The notes beneath the pieces were generated by a model. That model was not told the DNA's origin. It was given only the letters and a program-made list of their open reading frames with translations, and did not search any database. DNA of 64,000 nucleotides from Nitrospirota bacterium (GTDB taxonomy: Bacteria; Nitrospirota; JACRHL01), in assembly GCA_029881725.1 (NCBI GenBank), contig JAOUMB010000003.1, positions 19,901 to 83,900 on the forward strand, given 5' to 3'. The position numbers and the translations under genes were made by a program. Shown here piece by piece: positions 29,388-38,985 of the stretch (its first letter is position 1; each line of letters begins with the position of its first letter).

Positions 29388-30889
29388 GGGGCCACCGCCA
29401 GTTGGCGGAACTCGTCGCCGCGCGCCATGTAGTTGGTAAACTGGTCGAAGCTGGCACAGGCGGGGGAAAGCAGCACCGTGTCGCCCGCAGTGGCGGCGGC
29501 GCGGGCGGCGTCCACGGCATCGGACAGGGTGTCCACCACCTCCAGATCGGCAAAGCCCTGCAGCACGATGCGGAACTTTTCCGCCGCTTCGCCGAAAAGG
29601 ATCACCTTGCGGGCGTGCAGGAATACGTGCTCGCGCACGGTGAACAGGTCTCCCCCTTTGTCGCGCCCACCCAGAAGCAGGATGACCGGCTGATCCTCCG
29701 AAAACCCCTCCAGTGCCTTGACCACCGACGCGGGGTTGGTGGCCTTGGAATCGTTGATCCAGGTTACCCCGTCCCGCTGGGCCACCACCTCCATGCGGTG
29801 GGGCAGGGCGGTGAAACTGGAAAGCCCCGCCGCAATCAGCCGTGGGGGGCATCCGGCCAGCAGGCACGCGGCGGCCGCCGCCTGGGCATTTTCCAGATTG
29901 TGGGCCCCCACCAGTTTCAGATCGGACACCGGGCACAGGGGGGTGATCTGATCCCCGCTTTTGACGGTGATCCGGCCGTCGGCGACGCGCACCCCGTCCA
30001 TGGCCGGGTCCTGCACATTGAACAGCACCGGACGGGCATTTTTCAGGTAGTGATCCGCGATCGCGAGGGTGTTTTCGTCCGCGTGGTTGAGCAGGGCGTA
30101 GCCGCTCATGTTTTCGAACAGGCGGAACTTGGCCCGGTAATAGGCGCTCACGCTCGGATAGCGGTCCAGATGGTCCGGGGCCAGATTGAGCAGCACGCCG
30201 ATGGCGGGACGGAAGGTGGTGATGGATTCCAGTTGGAAACTGGACAACTCCACCACCAGAAAATCCCATGCGGTGGTGGACAGGGCCGCCTCGCACAGGG
30301 GGGCGCCCAGATTGCCGCCGGTGAATACATGCTCTTTCCAGCCGGAAAGGATGTGGCCGATCATGCTGGTGACGGTGCTTTTTCCGTTGGTGCCGGTAAT
30401 GCCAATGACGGGCGCGGACAGGTGCTGGAACGCCAGTTCCACCTCGCCGATGACCGGCACCCCGGCGGATTCCGCTGCCTGCAATTCCGGGTGGGCGCGC
30501 GGCACACCGGGGGAGAGCACCACCAGATCAGCCTCCGTCAGCGCCTTCCCCACGGCCCCGAAAGCGTGGGTGGTGCCTTCCGGGAGGCCGCTGGCGGCGG
30601 CCAGCACCGCGTCACCGGTGCGCTCGTCGGCCACTGTGACGAGGGCGCCCTCGCGGGCGGCCAGACGGGCAGCGGCTTGACCGCTGGCACCCATGCCGAA
30701 CACGGTCACCCGCCTGCCGGACAGGACGACCGGTGCGGCCGGTGCGGATGAAGCGGGCGAGGGGGACGGGGTTGGGCCTTCCATGGCCCGAGCCGACTGG
30801 CTGCCATCCGTGGCATTCCCCGTTGGCGCGCCGGCGTGCGGTACCGGCGCCCCGTCCCCCTGCTTCCGTTTCCTGAAGAACCCGAACAT
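29384..30889 (-). CDS. murD: UDP-N-acetylmuramoylalanine--D-glutamate ligase with low-complexity N-terminal extension
   Basis: Contains VTVFGMGASGQAAARL, GITGTNGKSTV, NDSKATN. About 55 residues of K/R-rich then P/S/A-rich sequence precede the canonical start. An alternative ATG lies at 30784. Confidence 0.88.
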   Translation of the reverse strand: MFGFFRKRKQGDGAPVPHAGAPTGNATDGSQSARAMEGPTPSPSPASSAPAAPVVLSGRRVTVFGMGASGQAAARLAAREGALVTVADERTGDAVLAAASGLPEGTTHAFGAVGKALTEADLVVLSPGVPRAHPELQAAESAGVPVIGEVELAFQHLSAPVIGITGTNGKSTVTSMIGHILSGWKEHVFTGGNLGAPLCEAALSTTAWDFLVVELSSFQLESITTFRPAIGVLLNLAPDHLDRYPSVSAYYRAKFRLFENMSGYALLNHADENTLAIADHYLKNARPVLFNVQDPAMDGVRVADGRITVKSGDQITPLCPVSDLKLVGAHNLENAQAAAAACLLAGCPPRLIAAGLSSFTALPHRMEVVAQRDGVTWINDSKATNPASVVKALEGFSEDQPVILLLGGRDKGGDLFTVREHVFLHARKVILFGEAAEKFRIVLQGFADLEVVDTLSDAVDAARAAATAGDTVLLSPACASFDQFTNYMARGDEFRQLAVAP

Positions 30890-30899
30890 CCCCGTGCTC

Positions 30900-31976
30900 C
30901 TAGCGCAGCTTCAGGGTGGAAAGGGCCAACAGGGCCAAAACAATGGAGATGATCCAGAAGCGGACGATGATCTTCGGCTCCTCCCACCCCTTCAGTTCGA
31001 AGTGGTGGTGGATGGGGCTCATCAGGAAAATCCGCTTGCCGGTCATTTTGAAATATCCCACCTGCAGAATCACCGACACGGCCTCCACCACGAAGATGCC
31101 GCCCACCAGCACCAGCACCAGTTCGTGTTTGGAGGTGACGGCAATGGTGCCCAGCGCTGCGCCCAGGGGAAGAGAGCCCACGTCGCCCATAAATACCGAG
31201 GCCGGATAGGTGTTGAACCACAAAAAGCCCATGGCCGCCCCCACCATGGCACCGCACACGATGGCTACCTCGCCGCCCCCGGGCACATAGGGAATTTGAA
31301 GATAGGAGGCAAAGCGCGCGTGGCCGGACAGATAGGCGATCAGCAGGTAGGTGCCGGCGGCGATCATCACCGGGCCGATGGCCAGGCCGTCCAGCCCGTC
31401 GGTCAGGTTGACCGCATTGCTGGCCCCGACGATCACCAGCATGGTGAACGGAATAAACCAGATGCCAAGGTCCGGATTGAACCCCTTGAAGAACGGGATG
31501 GTCAGATGGGTGTCGAACCCGGCGATAAAGTAGAGATATCCGGTCACCAGTCCGGCCACCAGGCATTGCCCCACGAGTTTGGAACGGGCGGAAAGCCCCT
31601 GGTTGTGCTTGCGCACCACCTTCAGGTAGTCGTCGCGGAAGCCGATGGCGCCGAACCCGACCACGGTGGTAAGCACCACCCACACGTAATGGTTGGTCAG
31701 GTCGGCCCACAGCAGGGTGGGCACCATGATGGCGAACAGGATCAGGACGCCGCCCATGGTGGGGGTGCCGCCCTTGACCTGGTGGTGCTTGGGGCCCTCC
31801 TCACGCACGGTCTGGCCGATCTGGTGGCGGGAAAGGGTGCGGATCAGCCACGGCCCCAGCATGAATGCGATCACCAGCGCGGTGATGACCGAATAGATGG
31901 TGCGGAAGGTGATGTATTTAAAGACGTTGAACACCGGGTATTCGGCGGCCAGCGGCACCATCAGGTGATACAGCAT
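30900..31976 (-). CDS. mraY: phospho-N-acetylmuramoyl-pentapeptide transferase
   Basis: Contains [48 protein letters not shown]. Confidence 0.97.
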   Translation of the reverse strand: MLYHLMVPLAAEYPVFNVFKYITFRTIYSVITALVIAFMLGPWLIRTLSRHQIGQTVREEGPKHHQVKGGTPTMGGVLILFAIMVPTLLWADLTNHYVWVVLTTVVGFGAIGFRDDYLKVVRKHNQGLSARSKLVGQCLVAGLVTGYLYFIAGFDTHLTIPFFKGFNPDLGIWFIPFTMLVIVGASNAVNLTDGLDGLAIGPVMIAAGTYLLIAYLSGHARFASYLQIPYVPGGGEVAIVCGAMVGAAMGFLWFNTYPASVFMGDVGSLPLGAALGTIAVTSKHELVLVLVGGIFVVEAVSVILQVGYFKMTGKRIFLMSPIHHHFELKGWEEPKIIVRFWIISIVLALLALSTLKLR

Positions 31977-33358
31977 CAGACCGGAACCTCCCCCTTGAGG
32001 GCGATTACCACCCGCTCCATGCGCATGCCGCGCGAGCCCTTTACCAGCACCACGTCCCCCTTCTCCAGGTCGTTCAGTTCATCTGCCGCGGCGGAGGCGT
32101 CGGCCACCTGGCGTACGTCACGCATCGCGTCCGCGCCTTTGGCCATGTGGGCCGCCAGGGGTCCCACGCAGACCAGCCGGTCGGGGCGCAGGGCGGCCAC
32201 CTCACGCCCTACGCGGCGGTGAATGTCGTTGGCCTGCGGACCCAGTTCCAGCATGTCGCCCAGCACCGCGATGCGCCGACCGAAACCGGAGCGGCTCACC
32301 AACGCCCGCACCGCCGCCAGCATGGAATCGGGATTGGCGTTGTAGGTGTCGTCGATCACGGTGGCGCCGCTGGCAGTAGCGCATTCTCCGCCGCGCATGG
32401 GCGGTGGGGAAAACTCCGCCAGTGCCGCCGATGCCTCCCGTATGTCCACCCCCATGGAGATGCCCAATGCGGCGGCTGCCGCCGCATTGGTGGCCTGATG
32501 GGGGGCGGCGGAAAAAAACCGGCCGCTGGCCTCGGCGCCTGCGGCGCGCAGGGTCAGAAGCGGCCCGGTGGCGGAGGCCTCCAGTCGCGCGTCGAGATCG
32601 GCACCGGGATTCCCGGTGGCGGAATAGGTGACCCGCTTGGCGGGGCGATGCCGCTCCGCCTCCGCCGCCGCCAGCGGGTCGTCCAAGTTAATCACGCAGG
32701 TGCCATCCTTGGCAATGGCGGCAAACAGGCGGCCTTTTTCACGGGCTACGCCCGCCCGGTCGCCGAGCCCCTCCAGATGGGCGTCACCCACCCCGGTCAC
32801 CAGACCGAGATCCGGCAGCGCGATGCCGGTAAGCAGGTCCATCTCTCCCGCGTGATTGATCCCCATCTCCACCACTGCCCCCGTGTGGGCCGCGCGCAGC
32901 TTCAAAAGTGTGAGCGGCAGCCCCAGGTGATTGTTCAGGTTGCCGGTGGTGGCGAGGGGGGTTCCGGTACGCGCCAGAACCGCGCGTGCCATTTCCTTGG
33001 TGGTGGTCTTTCCGCAACTGCCGGTGATGGCCGCCACCGGAATCGAAAACCGCTGGCGCCAAGCGCGCGCCAGATTCTGCAGGCCGGTAACGGTATCGTC
33101 GACCAGAATTACCGCAGCCGATCCGGCCCGTGCCGCGGCCTCCGGTTTGGAAACCATCACCACGGCGGCTCCGGCAGCCACCGCGTCGGCGATGAATTCG
33201 TGGCCGTCGCGGGTGCCCGGCACCGCCACGAACAGACCGCCCGGGGTAATGGTGCGGGAGTCGATGCCGACCTCCGCCGTATCCGGTACGCGGGTCTGCG
33301 GGTCGCCCGCGATGAGGGTTCCGCCGCACATGGTCGCCGCTTCCACCGCCGTAAACAT
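31976..33358 (-). CDS. murF: UDP-N-acetylmuramoyl-tripeptide--D-alanyl-D-alanine ligase
   Basis: Contains [36 protein letters not shown]. It has 1-nt overlaps with murE and mraY. Confidence 0.92.
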   Translation of the reverse strand: MFTAVEAATMCGGTLIAGDPQTRVPDTAEVGIDSRTITPGGLFVAVPGTRDGHEFIADAVAAGAAVVMVSKPEAAARAGSAAVILVDDTVTGLQNLARAWRQRFSIPVAAITGSCGKTTTKEMARAVLARTGTPLATTGNLNNHLGLPLTLLKLRAAHTGAVVEMGINHAGEMDLLTGIALPDLGLVTGVGDAHLEGLGDRAGVAREKGRLFAAIAKDGTCVINLDDPLAAAEAERHRPAKRVTYSATGNPGADLDARLEASATGPLLTLRAAGAEASGRFFSAAPHQATNAAAAAALGISMGVDIREASAALAEFSPPPMRGGECATASGATVIDDTYNANPDSMLAAVRALVSRSGFGRRIAVLGDMLELGPQANDIHRRVGREVAALRPDRLVCVGPLAAHMAKGADAMRDVRQVADASAAADELNDLEKGDVVLVKGSRGMRMERVVIALKGEVPV

Positions 33359-34902
33359 CAGGCGTTGCTCCCAAACCGTTCGGCCAGCACCCGGCGCGCC
33401 ACCTCTCGGTCGTCAAACGGGAGTGTCCGGTTGCCGATGATCTGCTCGGTTTCATGCCCCTTGCCCGCGATCAGCACCAGATCCCCCTCGCTGGCTTCGC
33501 TCAGCGCGGCGCGGATTGCCTCCTCCCGGTCCACGATCACGGTGCAGGGAGTGTCCGGGGCTGCGGCGCGGGCACCCTTTTCCATTTCGGCGCAGATGGC
33601 CGCCGGATCTTCTGAACGCGGGTTGTCGGCTGTGATGAAGATCATGTCGGCCCCTTTGGCGGCGGCGGCGCCCATGGGTTGCCGTTTGCTGCGGTCCCGG
33701 TCGCCCCCGGCACCGCATACCACCAACACCCGGCCGCCGGTGACCGTTGGCGGCACGGCGCGCCCCCCTTCGGTTGTGAGGGCTTTCGGCCGGTCGGCCA
33801 CCAGCGGGCGCATGGCCTCCAGCAGCCGCTCCAGGGCATCGGCGGTGTGGGCGTAATCCACCAACACGGTGAATGGCTGTCCGGCCTCCACCGGCTCCAG
33901 CCGCCCCGGCACCGCGCGGGCGGCGGCCAGTCCGTCGCCGATGGCCTCCGGGGACAGCCCCAGGGCGTGGCCGGTGGCGGCGGCGGCCAGCAGGTTGGAA
34001 ACATTGTGCAGCCCTACCAGCGGGGACTCGATGGCCACCCGCTTGCCGTCCAGTTGCAAGGCGAAGCGGATGCCGGAGCGGTTCCACTCCAGGTTTAGCG
34101 GGGTCACCAGGGCCCCGTGGCCGAGTCCGAAGGTGACTGGGCGGGAGAGGGAAGCAGCCAGTTTGCGGCCCCATGGGTCGTCTACATTGATTACCGCACG
34201 GCCCGGTGGCAGGTCGGCGAACAGTTGGGCCTTGGCGGCAAAATAGTCATCCATGGTGGGATGAAAATCCAGGTGGTCCGGGGTCAGGTTGCAGAACACC
34301 CCTACGTCGAAGCGGCAGCCGCGCACCCGGTTCAGGCTCAGGGCATGAGACGACACCTCCATCACGCAGGCGGTGGCCCCCTCGCGCACCATGCGGGCGA
34401 ACAGGGCCTGCAGATCGGACGACTCGGGTGTGGTGCGGTGGGACGCATCGCCAGGCAGGTCCAGTGGGGTGCCCGCCAACCGGGTTTCCACGGTGCCGGA
34501 CAGTCCGGTCACGTGCCCGGCGGCGTCCAGAATGGACTCCACCAGATAGCTGGTGGTGGTTTTTCCGTTGGTGCCGGTAATGCCCACCAGGGTCAATGCG
34601 ACAGTGGGGTCCGCGTGCAGGGCAACGGCCAGATCGGCCAATGCGGAGCGGGCGTCGGTCACCAGAATCTGCGGGATCGAAACGTCGTTCAGGCGGCGGG
34701 TGACCACCGCGCACACGGCGCCGTTTCGGGCGGCCGCGTTTACATAGTCGTGGCCGTCCACGGTGAAGCCGGATACCGCCACGAACAGGTCGCCGGGGCG
34801 GACGGCGCGGGAATCGTACACCACGCCGTTCACCTCCAGGGCGCCGGTTGCGGCGTCCACAGAGGCGATTCCCGCCTGCTCCAGCAGGGTCGCCAGCGTC
34901 AT
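33358..34902 (-). CDS. murE: UDP-N-acetylmuramoyl-L-alanyl-D-glutamate--2,6-diaminopimelate ligase
   Basis: Contains GITGTNGKTTTSYL, VDYAHTADAL, DNPRSEDP, GKGHE. Confidence 0.93.
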   Translation of the reverse strand: MTLATLLEQAGIASVDAATGALEVNGVVYDSRAVRPGDLFVAVSGFTVDGHDYVNAAARNGAVCAVVTRRLNDVSIPQILVTDARSALADLAVALHADPTVALTLVGITGTNGKTTTSYLVESILDAAGHVTGLSGTVETRLAGTPLDLPGDASHRTTPESSDLQALFARMVREGATACVMEVSSHALSLNRVRGCRFDVGVFCNLTPDHLDFHPTMDDYFAAKAQLFADLPPGRAVINVDDPWGRKLAASLSRPVTFGLGHGALVTPLNLEWNRSGIRFALQLDGKRVAIESPLVGLHNVSNLLAAAATGHALGLSPEAIGDGLAAARAVPGRLEPVEAGQPFTVLVDYAHTADALERLLEAMRPLVADRPKALTTEGGRAVPPTVTGGRVLVVCGAGGDRDRSKRQPMGAAAAKGADMIFITADNPRSEDPAAICAEMEKGARAAAPDTPCTVIVDREEAIRAALSEASEGDLVLIAGKGHETEQIIGNRTLPFDDREVARRVLAERFGSNA

Positions 34903-36707
34903 CCGTTTGCCCTCTCCGCCGTTGCGGCTGGTACCGCCATTCCCGGTTCCCCCGCCACCACTACCGTGCGATCCGTGCGGGGGTGGATCCCCAGATAGTG
35001 CAGCGCCGGTCCCGCCACCGCCCGGAAAACAGGCGCGGCCACGGTGCCGCCATAATACCGCCCTTCCGGCTCATCCACCACCACCAGCATGACCAGCCGC
35101 GGGTTGTCGGCGGGCACCATGCCCAGAAACGAAGCCACGTACTTGCCTTTGGCATAGCCGCGCCCTTCGCTGCGTGCCTTTTGTGCGGTGCCGGTTTTGC
35201 CCGCCACCCGATAGCCGGGGAGAGCCGCTTTGGGGGCGGTTCCGTCCGCTTCGGTGACCGCCACCAGCGCATCGCGCAGTTTGGCCGCGGCCTCTTCGGA
35301 CATGACCCGGCGCACCATGATCGGTTGCACGGTTATGGTTTCCCCGTCCTTTTCCACCGCTTTTACCAGATAGGGCCGCATCAGGCGCCCGCCGTTGGCC
35401 ACGGCTGAGGCGGCGGTGATAATTTGCAACGGAGTGGCGGACAGTTCCTGGCCGATGGCGATGGAGGGCAGGGAACGCACCGACCAGCGGTCCGGGGAGG
35501 GCAGCACGCCCCCCGATTCGCCCCCCAGCTCGATGCCGGTGCGCTGACCGAATCCAAAGCGGCGATAGCCTGCGTACAGGGCATCCGGTCCCAGCCGCAT
35601 GGCCACCTTGGTGCTGCCGATGTTGCTGGATTTGGCCAGCACCTCAGCGAAGGTGATTTCGTCGTAGGGGTGGGTGTCGCGCATGGCTCCGCCGCGCAGG
35701 GGCAGGTAGCCCCCCTCGCAGTCGATCAACTCGTCCAGGGTGACCACCCCCGCGTCCAGGGCGGTGGCCGCCATGAACACCTTCATGGTGGACCCCGGCT
35801 CATACGGGTCGGTGAGGATGCGGTTGCGGAAGTCGTCAGCCTGATAGCGCCCGGCCCGGTTCGGATCGAACTCCGGACGTACCGCCATGGCCAGAATCTC
35901 GCCGGTATCCGGGTCCATCACGATGACCGAGGCGGAGGTGGGCTGGGATTCCTCCATCAACCGGTCCAGTTCCCGCTCCACGTGGTGCTGGATCACCTCG
36001 TCGATGGTCAGGGTCAGGTCGGCGCCGTGGTCCGGACGGCGGTAGTTGGTGCCGGTGGGCACCACGGTGCGACCCAGGGCGTCGCGCTGCATTACCAGGC
36101 GGACTTCACCCCCTTTGAGTTGGGAATCGTAGGCCCGTTCAATACCGGACAAGCCCTGATTGTCGGATCCGGCGAAGCCCAGAATATGCCCCAGCAGCTT
36201 GCCCTTGGGGTAAAAACGGCGGCTCTCGGGCACCTGATGGATGCCGGGCAGGTTCAGGGCCATGACACGCTCCGCCGCAGCCGGGTCGGCGTGCCGCTGA
36301 ATCCAGGCGAAGTGGCGGTTGCCCTTGAGTCGCTTTTCCAGCGAGCGGTCGGAAACTGGCAGCAAACGGGCCAGCTTGCGGGCCGTAGCGCGGGGGTTTT
36401 CCACCGAGGCCGGGTCGGCGGTGATGGACGGAACGTCCATGTTTTTGGCCAGAATGCGGCCGTTGCGGTCGGTAATGGTGCCCCGCTCGCCGGACAGGCG
36501 AATGGTCTTGTGGTGTTGCCGTTCGGCGCGGGCGGAAAGCCCTCCCGCCTGGACCACCTGCAAACGGGTCAATTGCACCAGAACGACCGCAAACGCGGCG
36601 GCCACGCACACCCCCAGCAGGGCGGTGCGGCCGCCCAGGGGGCCGGGGTTCGATACCCGTGGGCGCGGTGCCCGTCGAAACAGGGAACCTTTGCGGGGAG
36701 CGGTCAT
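34899..36707 (-). CDS. ftsI: peptidoglycan D,D-transpeptidase FtsI (PBP3-type class B PBP)
   Basis: It has an N-terminal TM anchor and a dimerisation domain. It contains STMK (SxxK), SSN and KTGTA motifs. Confidence 0.92.
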   Translation of the reverse strand: MTAPRKGSLFRRAPRPRVSNPGPLGGRTALLGVCVAAAFAVVLVQLTRLQVVQAGGLSARAERQHHKTIRLSGERGTITDRNGRILAKNMDVPSITADPASVENPRATARKLARLLPVSDRSLEKRLKGNRHFAWIQRHADPAAAERVMALNLPGIHQVPESRRFYPKGKLLGHILGFAGSDNQGLSGIERAYDSQLKGGEVRLVMQRDALGRTVVPTGTNYRRPDHGADLTLTIDEVIQHHVERELDRLMEESQPTSASVIVMDPDTGEILAMAVRPEFDPNRAGRYQADDFRNRILTDPYEPGSTMKVFMAATALDAGVVTLDELIDCEGGYLPLRGGAMRDTHPYDEITFAEVLAKSSNIGSTKVAMRLGPDALYAGYRRFGFGQRTGIELGGESGGVLPSPDRWSVRSLPSIAIGQELSATPLQIITAASAVANGGRLMRPYLVKAVEKDGETITVQPIMVRRVMSEEAAAKLRDALVAVTEADGTAPKAALPGYRVAGKTGTAQKARSEGRGYAKGKYVASFLGMVPADNPRLVMLVVVDEPEGRYYGGTVAAPVFRAVAGPALHYLGIHPRTDRTVVVAGEPGMAVPAATAERANG

Positions 36708-36719
36708 GGACGCCTCCGC

Positions 36720-37082
36720 CTACCGGATGTCCGCGCGGGCCAGCACCATGGATTGGGGCCGGTCGGCGGAAGGTTCTGCGGGCGGGGCGGCAAATACCAC
36801 CCGCACCAGTTGCAGCGGTTCCGGGGCCACCATGCCGAGCTCATCGCGGGCAATGCGCTCGATGCGCGCCAGTTCCGACAGGCTGGCGGATTCCAGTTGC
36901 AGTTCCGAATGCCGGTGCTGCAATTCGGCCAGCTCGGTGCGGGCCTTTTCCACCCGGTATCCCAGGTCGACCATCACCATGTGCTGCCACAGGTAGACAA
37001 AGGTGGCGCCGACCACCAACACGGCCACCACCAGAGCCCGGAACAGGGCGGTGCGCCCCAGACCTGCAAAGGTGAAAATCAT
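36720..37082 (-). CDS. ftsL: cell division protein FtsL
   Basis: 120 aa with a single TM helix (ALVVAVLVVGATFVYLW) followed by a coiled coil (ELAELQHRHSELQLESASL). It lies between rsmH and ftsI. Confidence 0.65.
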   Translation of the reverse strand: MIFTFAGLGRTALFRALVVAVLVVGATFVYLWQHMVMVDLGYRVEKARTELAELQHRHSELQLESASLSELARIERIARDELGMVAPEPLQLVRVVFAAPPAEPSADRPQSMVLARADIR

Positions 37083-37260
37083 CGAAAGCCCCCGCGGCCA
37101 GGACCATTGGGATGGGGTTCTGGCAGAAGATTCGCAGCGGATGCTGCGGGTGGGTGGGTTATTTCCTGGCGGGTTCGATACTGTGCGGCGCCGGCGCCAA
37201 AGGCACCGGCGGATAGACAGTCCGGCCGCATGGGGCTTCCAAGGTCTGAAAAAAGGGACA

Positions 37261-38265
37261 TCACCGGTCACCTCCAGCGGTGATGTCCAGGCGCTCCACG
37301 GCACGCAGGCGCGCGGAACGGGAACGGGGGTTGGCGGCCGCCTCCTCGGCGGTGGCGACAACCGGCTTGCGGGTCACGCGTTTGGCCATCGGCAATCGGC
37401 CGCAACGGCACTCGGGAAATTCACGCGGGCAGATACAGCCGCTGGTCCAGTCGGCCATCTGCGTCTTCACCAGCCGGTCTTCCAGGGAATGAAAGCTGAT
37501 CACCGCCAGCCGCCCGCCGGGGGGCAGCAGGTTGAAGGCGGCGGAAAGCCCGCGTTCCAGCATGCCCAACTCGTCGTTCACCGCGATGCGCAGGGCCTGA
37601 AAGATGCGCGTGGCCGGATGAATGCGCCCGGCGTCCGCCCCTTGCATGCGGCGCGGGATCACCCGTTCCACCAGCGAGGCCAGTGCCAGGGTGGTGGTGA
37701 ACGATGACTCCACCCGATCCTGGCAGATGGCGCGAGCGATACGCGCCGCGTGGCGTTCTTCGCCATATTCGCGAAAAATGCGCGTCAGTTCCGTCTCGTC
37801 CAGGGTGTTTACCAGGTCGGCGGCGGTGGTGGGGCCATCCGGGTCCATGCGCATGTCCAGCGGACCGTCGTGGCGGAAGGAGAAGCCTCGCGCCGCATCG
37901 TCCAGTTGCCGGGACGAAACCCCCACGTCCATCAGGATGCCGTTGGCATGTTCAAACCCGTGTGCGCGGGCCACTTCGGCCACCTGATCGAAGGTGGAGC
38001 GTGCCGCCACGAAGCGGTCGCCAAACGGCTCCAGCCGGGCGGATGCGGCACGCAGGGCGGCCGGGTCCCGGTCCAGCCCGAGCAGACGCGCATGGGGGGC
38101 CGCCTCCAGCAGCATGGCCGCGTGTCCTCCTCCACCCAGTGTCATATCGATCAGTCGCTCCAGCCGTTCAGGGGACTCCGCCAGCACGCGGCGCACGCCG
38201 TCCGCGAGCACCGGAAGGTGGTACGCGTCGCCGGTAACTCCGGATGTGTTTCCGCTTGCGGCCAT
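37261..38265 (-). CDS. rsmH: 16S rRNA (cytosine1402-N4)-methyltransferase
   Basis: Contains HLPVL, DMTLGGGGHA, DRDPAA, GILMDVGVSSRQLD, ISFHSLEDR. Confidence 0.95.
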   Translation of the reverse strand: MAASGNTSGVTGDAYHLPVLADGVRRVLAESPERLERLIDMTLGGGGHAAMLLEAAPHARLLGLDRDPAALRAASARLEPFGDRFVAARSTFDQVAEVARAHGFEHANGILMDVGVSSRQLDDAARGFSFRHDGPLDMRMDPDGPTTAADLVNTLDETELTRIFREYGEERHAARIARAICQDRVESSFTTTLALASLVERVIPRRMQGADAGRIHPATRIFQALRIAVNDELGMLERGLSAAFNLLPPGGRLAVISFHSLEDRLVKTQMADWTSGCICPREFPECRCGRLPMAKRVTRKPVVATAEEAAANPRSRSARLRAVERLDITAGGDR

Positions 38266-38287
38266 GAACGCTCCAATGGATGCCCTC

Positions 38288-38725
38288 CTACAACCCCAGG
38301 TCGGCCAGGGCGTCGGCGAGGCCGGTCGGGTCCGTGACCCGTGCCATCTCTTCCTGCCAGCGCGACTCGTCCCAGATTTCGAACGTGTCGCCGTTGCCCA
38401 CCAGCACCGCTTCGCGGCCCAGTGCGGCGTAATCCCTCAGATGGGCGGGAATCAGGATGCGCCCCTGCCGGTCCAGGCTGCACACCTCGGCGCCGGAGTA
38501 GATCAGCCGCCGGTACTGGCGTGCTTCCGGCTTCACCTGGGACAGGGCCTGGAGCTGATCCATAAAGGCCTTCCAGCGTTCCTCGGAATAGACCTCCAGG
38601 CACGGGTCGAGCACCTTGCGGGTAACGACCAGCCGTGCCCCCTGGCCGACCACCTCCCGGAACTTGGCCGGTATGGCGAGCCGCCCCTTGGCGTCCATGC
38701 GGTTGGATTCCCTGCCGAGAAACAA
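38288..38725 (-). CDS. mraZ: division/cell wall cluster transcriptional regulator MraZ
   Basis: It has two SpoVT/AbrB-like halves with DAKGRLAIPAKFR and LDRQGRILIPAHLR. I chose the TTG at 38725 because it yields the canonical MFLG...D.KGRL N-terminus. The longer ATG ORF (38758) would place the TGGGG boxes inside the coding sequence. Confidence 0.88.
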   Translation of the reverse strand: MFLGRESNRMDAKGRLAIPAKFREVVGQGARLVVTRKVLDPCLEVYSEERWKAFMDQLQALSQVKPEARQYRRLIYSGAEVCSLDRQGRILIPAHLRDYAALGREAVLVGNGDTFEIWDESRWQEEMARVTDPTGLADALADLGL

Positions 38726-38729
38726 TTGG

Positions 38730-38765
38730 CCCCAGTCCTCTCCAAAATTCCCCACCATTCCCCAC
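38730..38765 (-). promoter_or_regulatory. candidate MraZ operator: four 10-bp-phased TGGGG/TGGAG boxes
   Basis: The minus strand reads GTGGGGAATG GTGGGGAATT TTGGAGAGGA CTGGGGCC. The box cores sit at 38760-65, 38750-55, 38740-44 and 38730-35, downstream of the putative -10 and upstream of the TTG start. Confidence 0.55.
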
Positions 38766-38776
38766 TCAAAGATCGA

Positions 38777-38805
38777 AGCCTACCGTTCGCAATAGGGGGT
38801 GTCAA
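38777..38805 (-). promoter_or_regulatory. sigma70-like promoter of the dcw cluster (Pmra candidate)
   Basis: The minus strand has TTGACA (38805-38800), a 17-nt spacer and TAGGCT (38782-38777), with an A/T-rich tract upstream. Confidence 0.5.
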
Positions 38806-38985
38806 GGGAGGTTTGGCCTTTTTTGAAGGCATTGCGCGAATTTTTTGGAACGGATCAAAAATGGAGAAAATTGTGCGTGAGGGGTGCATCAAGGGTATCT
38901 AATGCTAGATGGGTTGTATTTAACCATCTGTTTTTACCGGGCATTCTCCGGTATCGGTGGGGAGATGTGGGGGATTCGGTTCGAC

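Noticed and set aside
27163-30296. 796-aa and 677-aa ORFs that would extend murG and ftsW far upstream
   Set aside because: The canonical N-termini (MKVLIAGGGTGGH and MSRRKVMPVDPW) begin at internal ATGs that form 4-nt overlaps with the preceding gene. The upstream in-frame parts run through the neighbouring gene and are P/R/G-rich. The same reasoning was applied to ftsZ, ftsA, yggS, proC, ftsL and others.
35424-37283. 619-aa plus-strand ORF opposite ftsI/ftsL
   Set aside because: It is a shadow ORF of the PBP3 gene, with no family signature.
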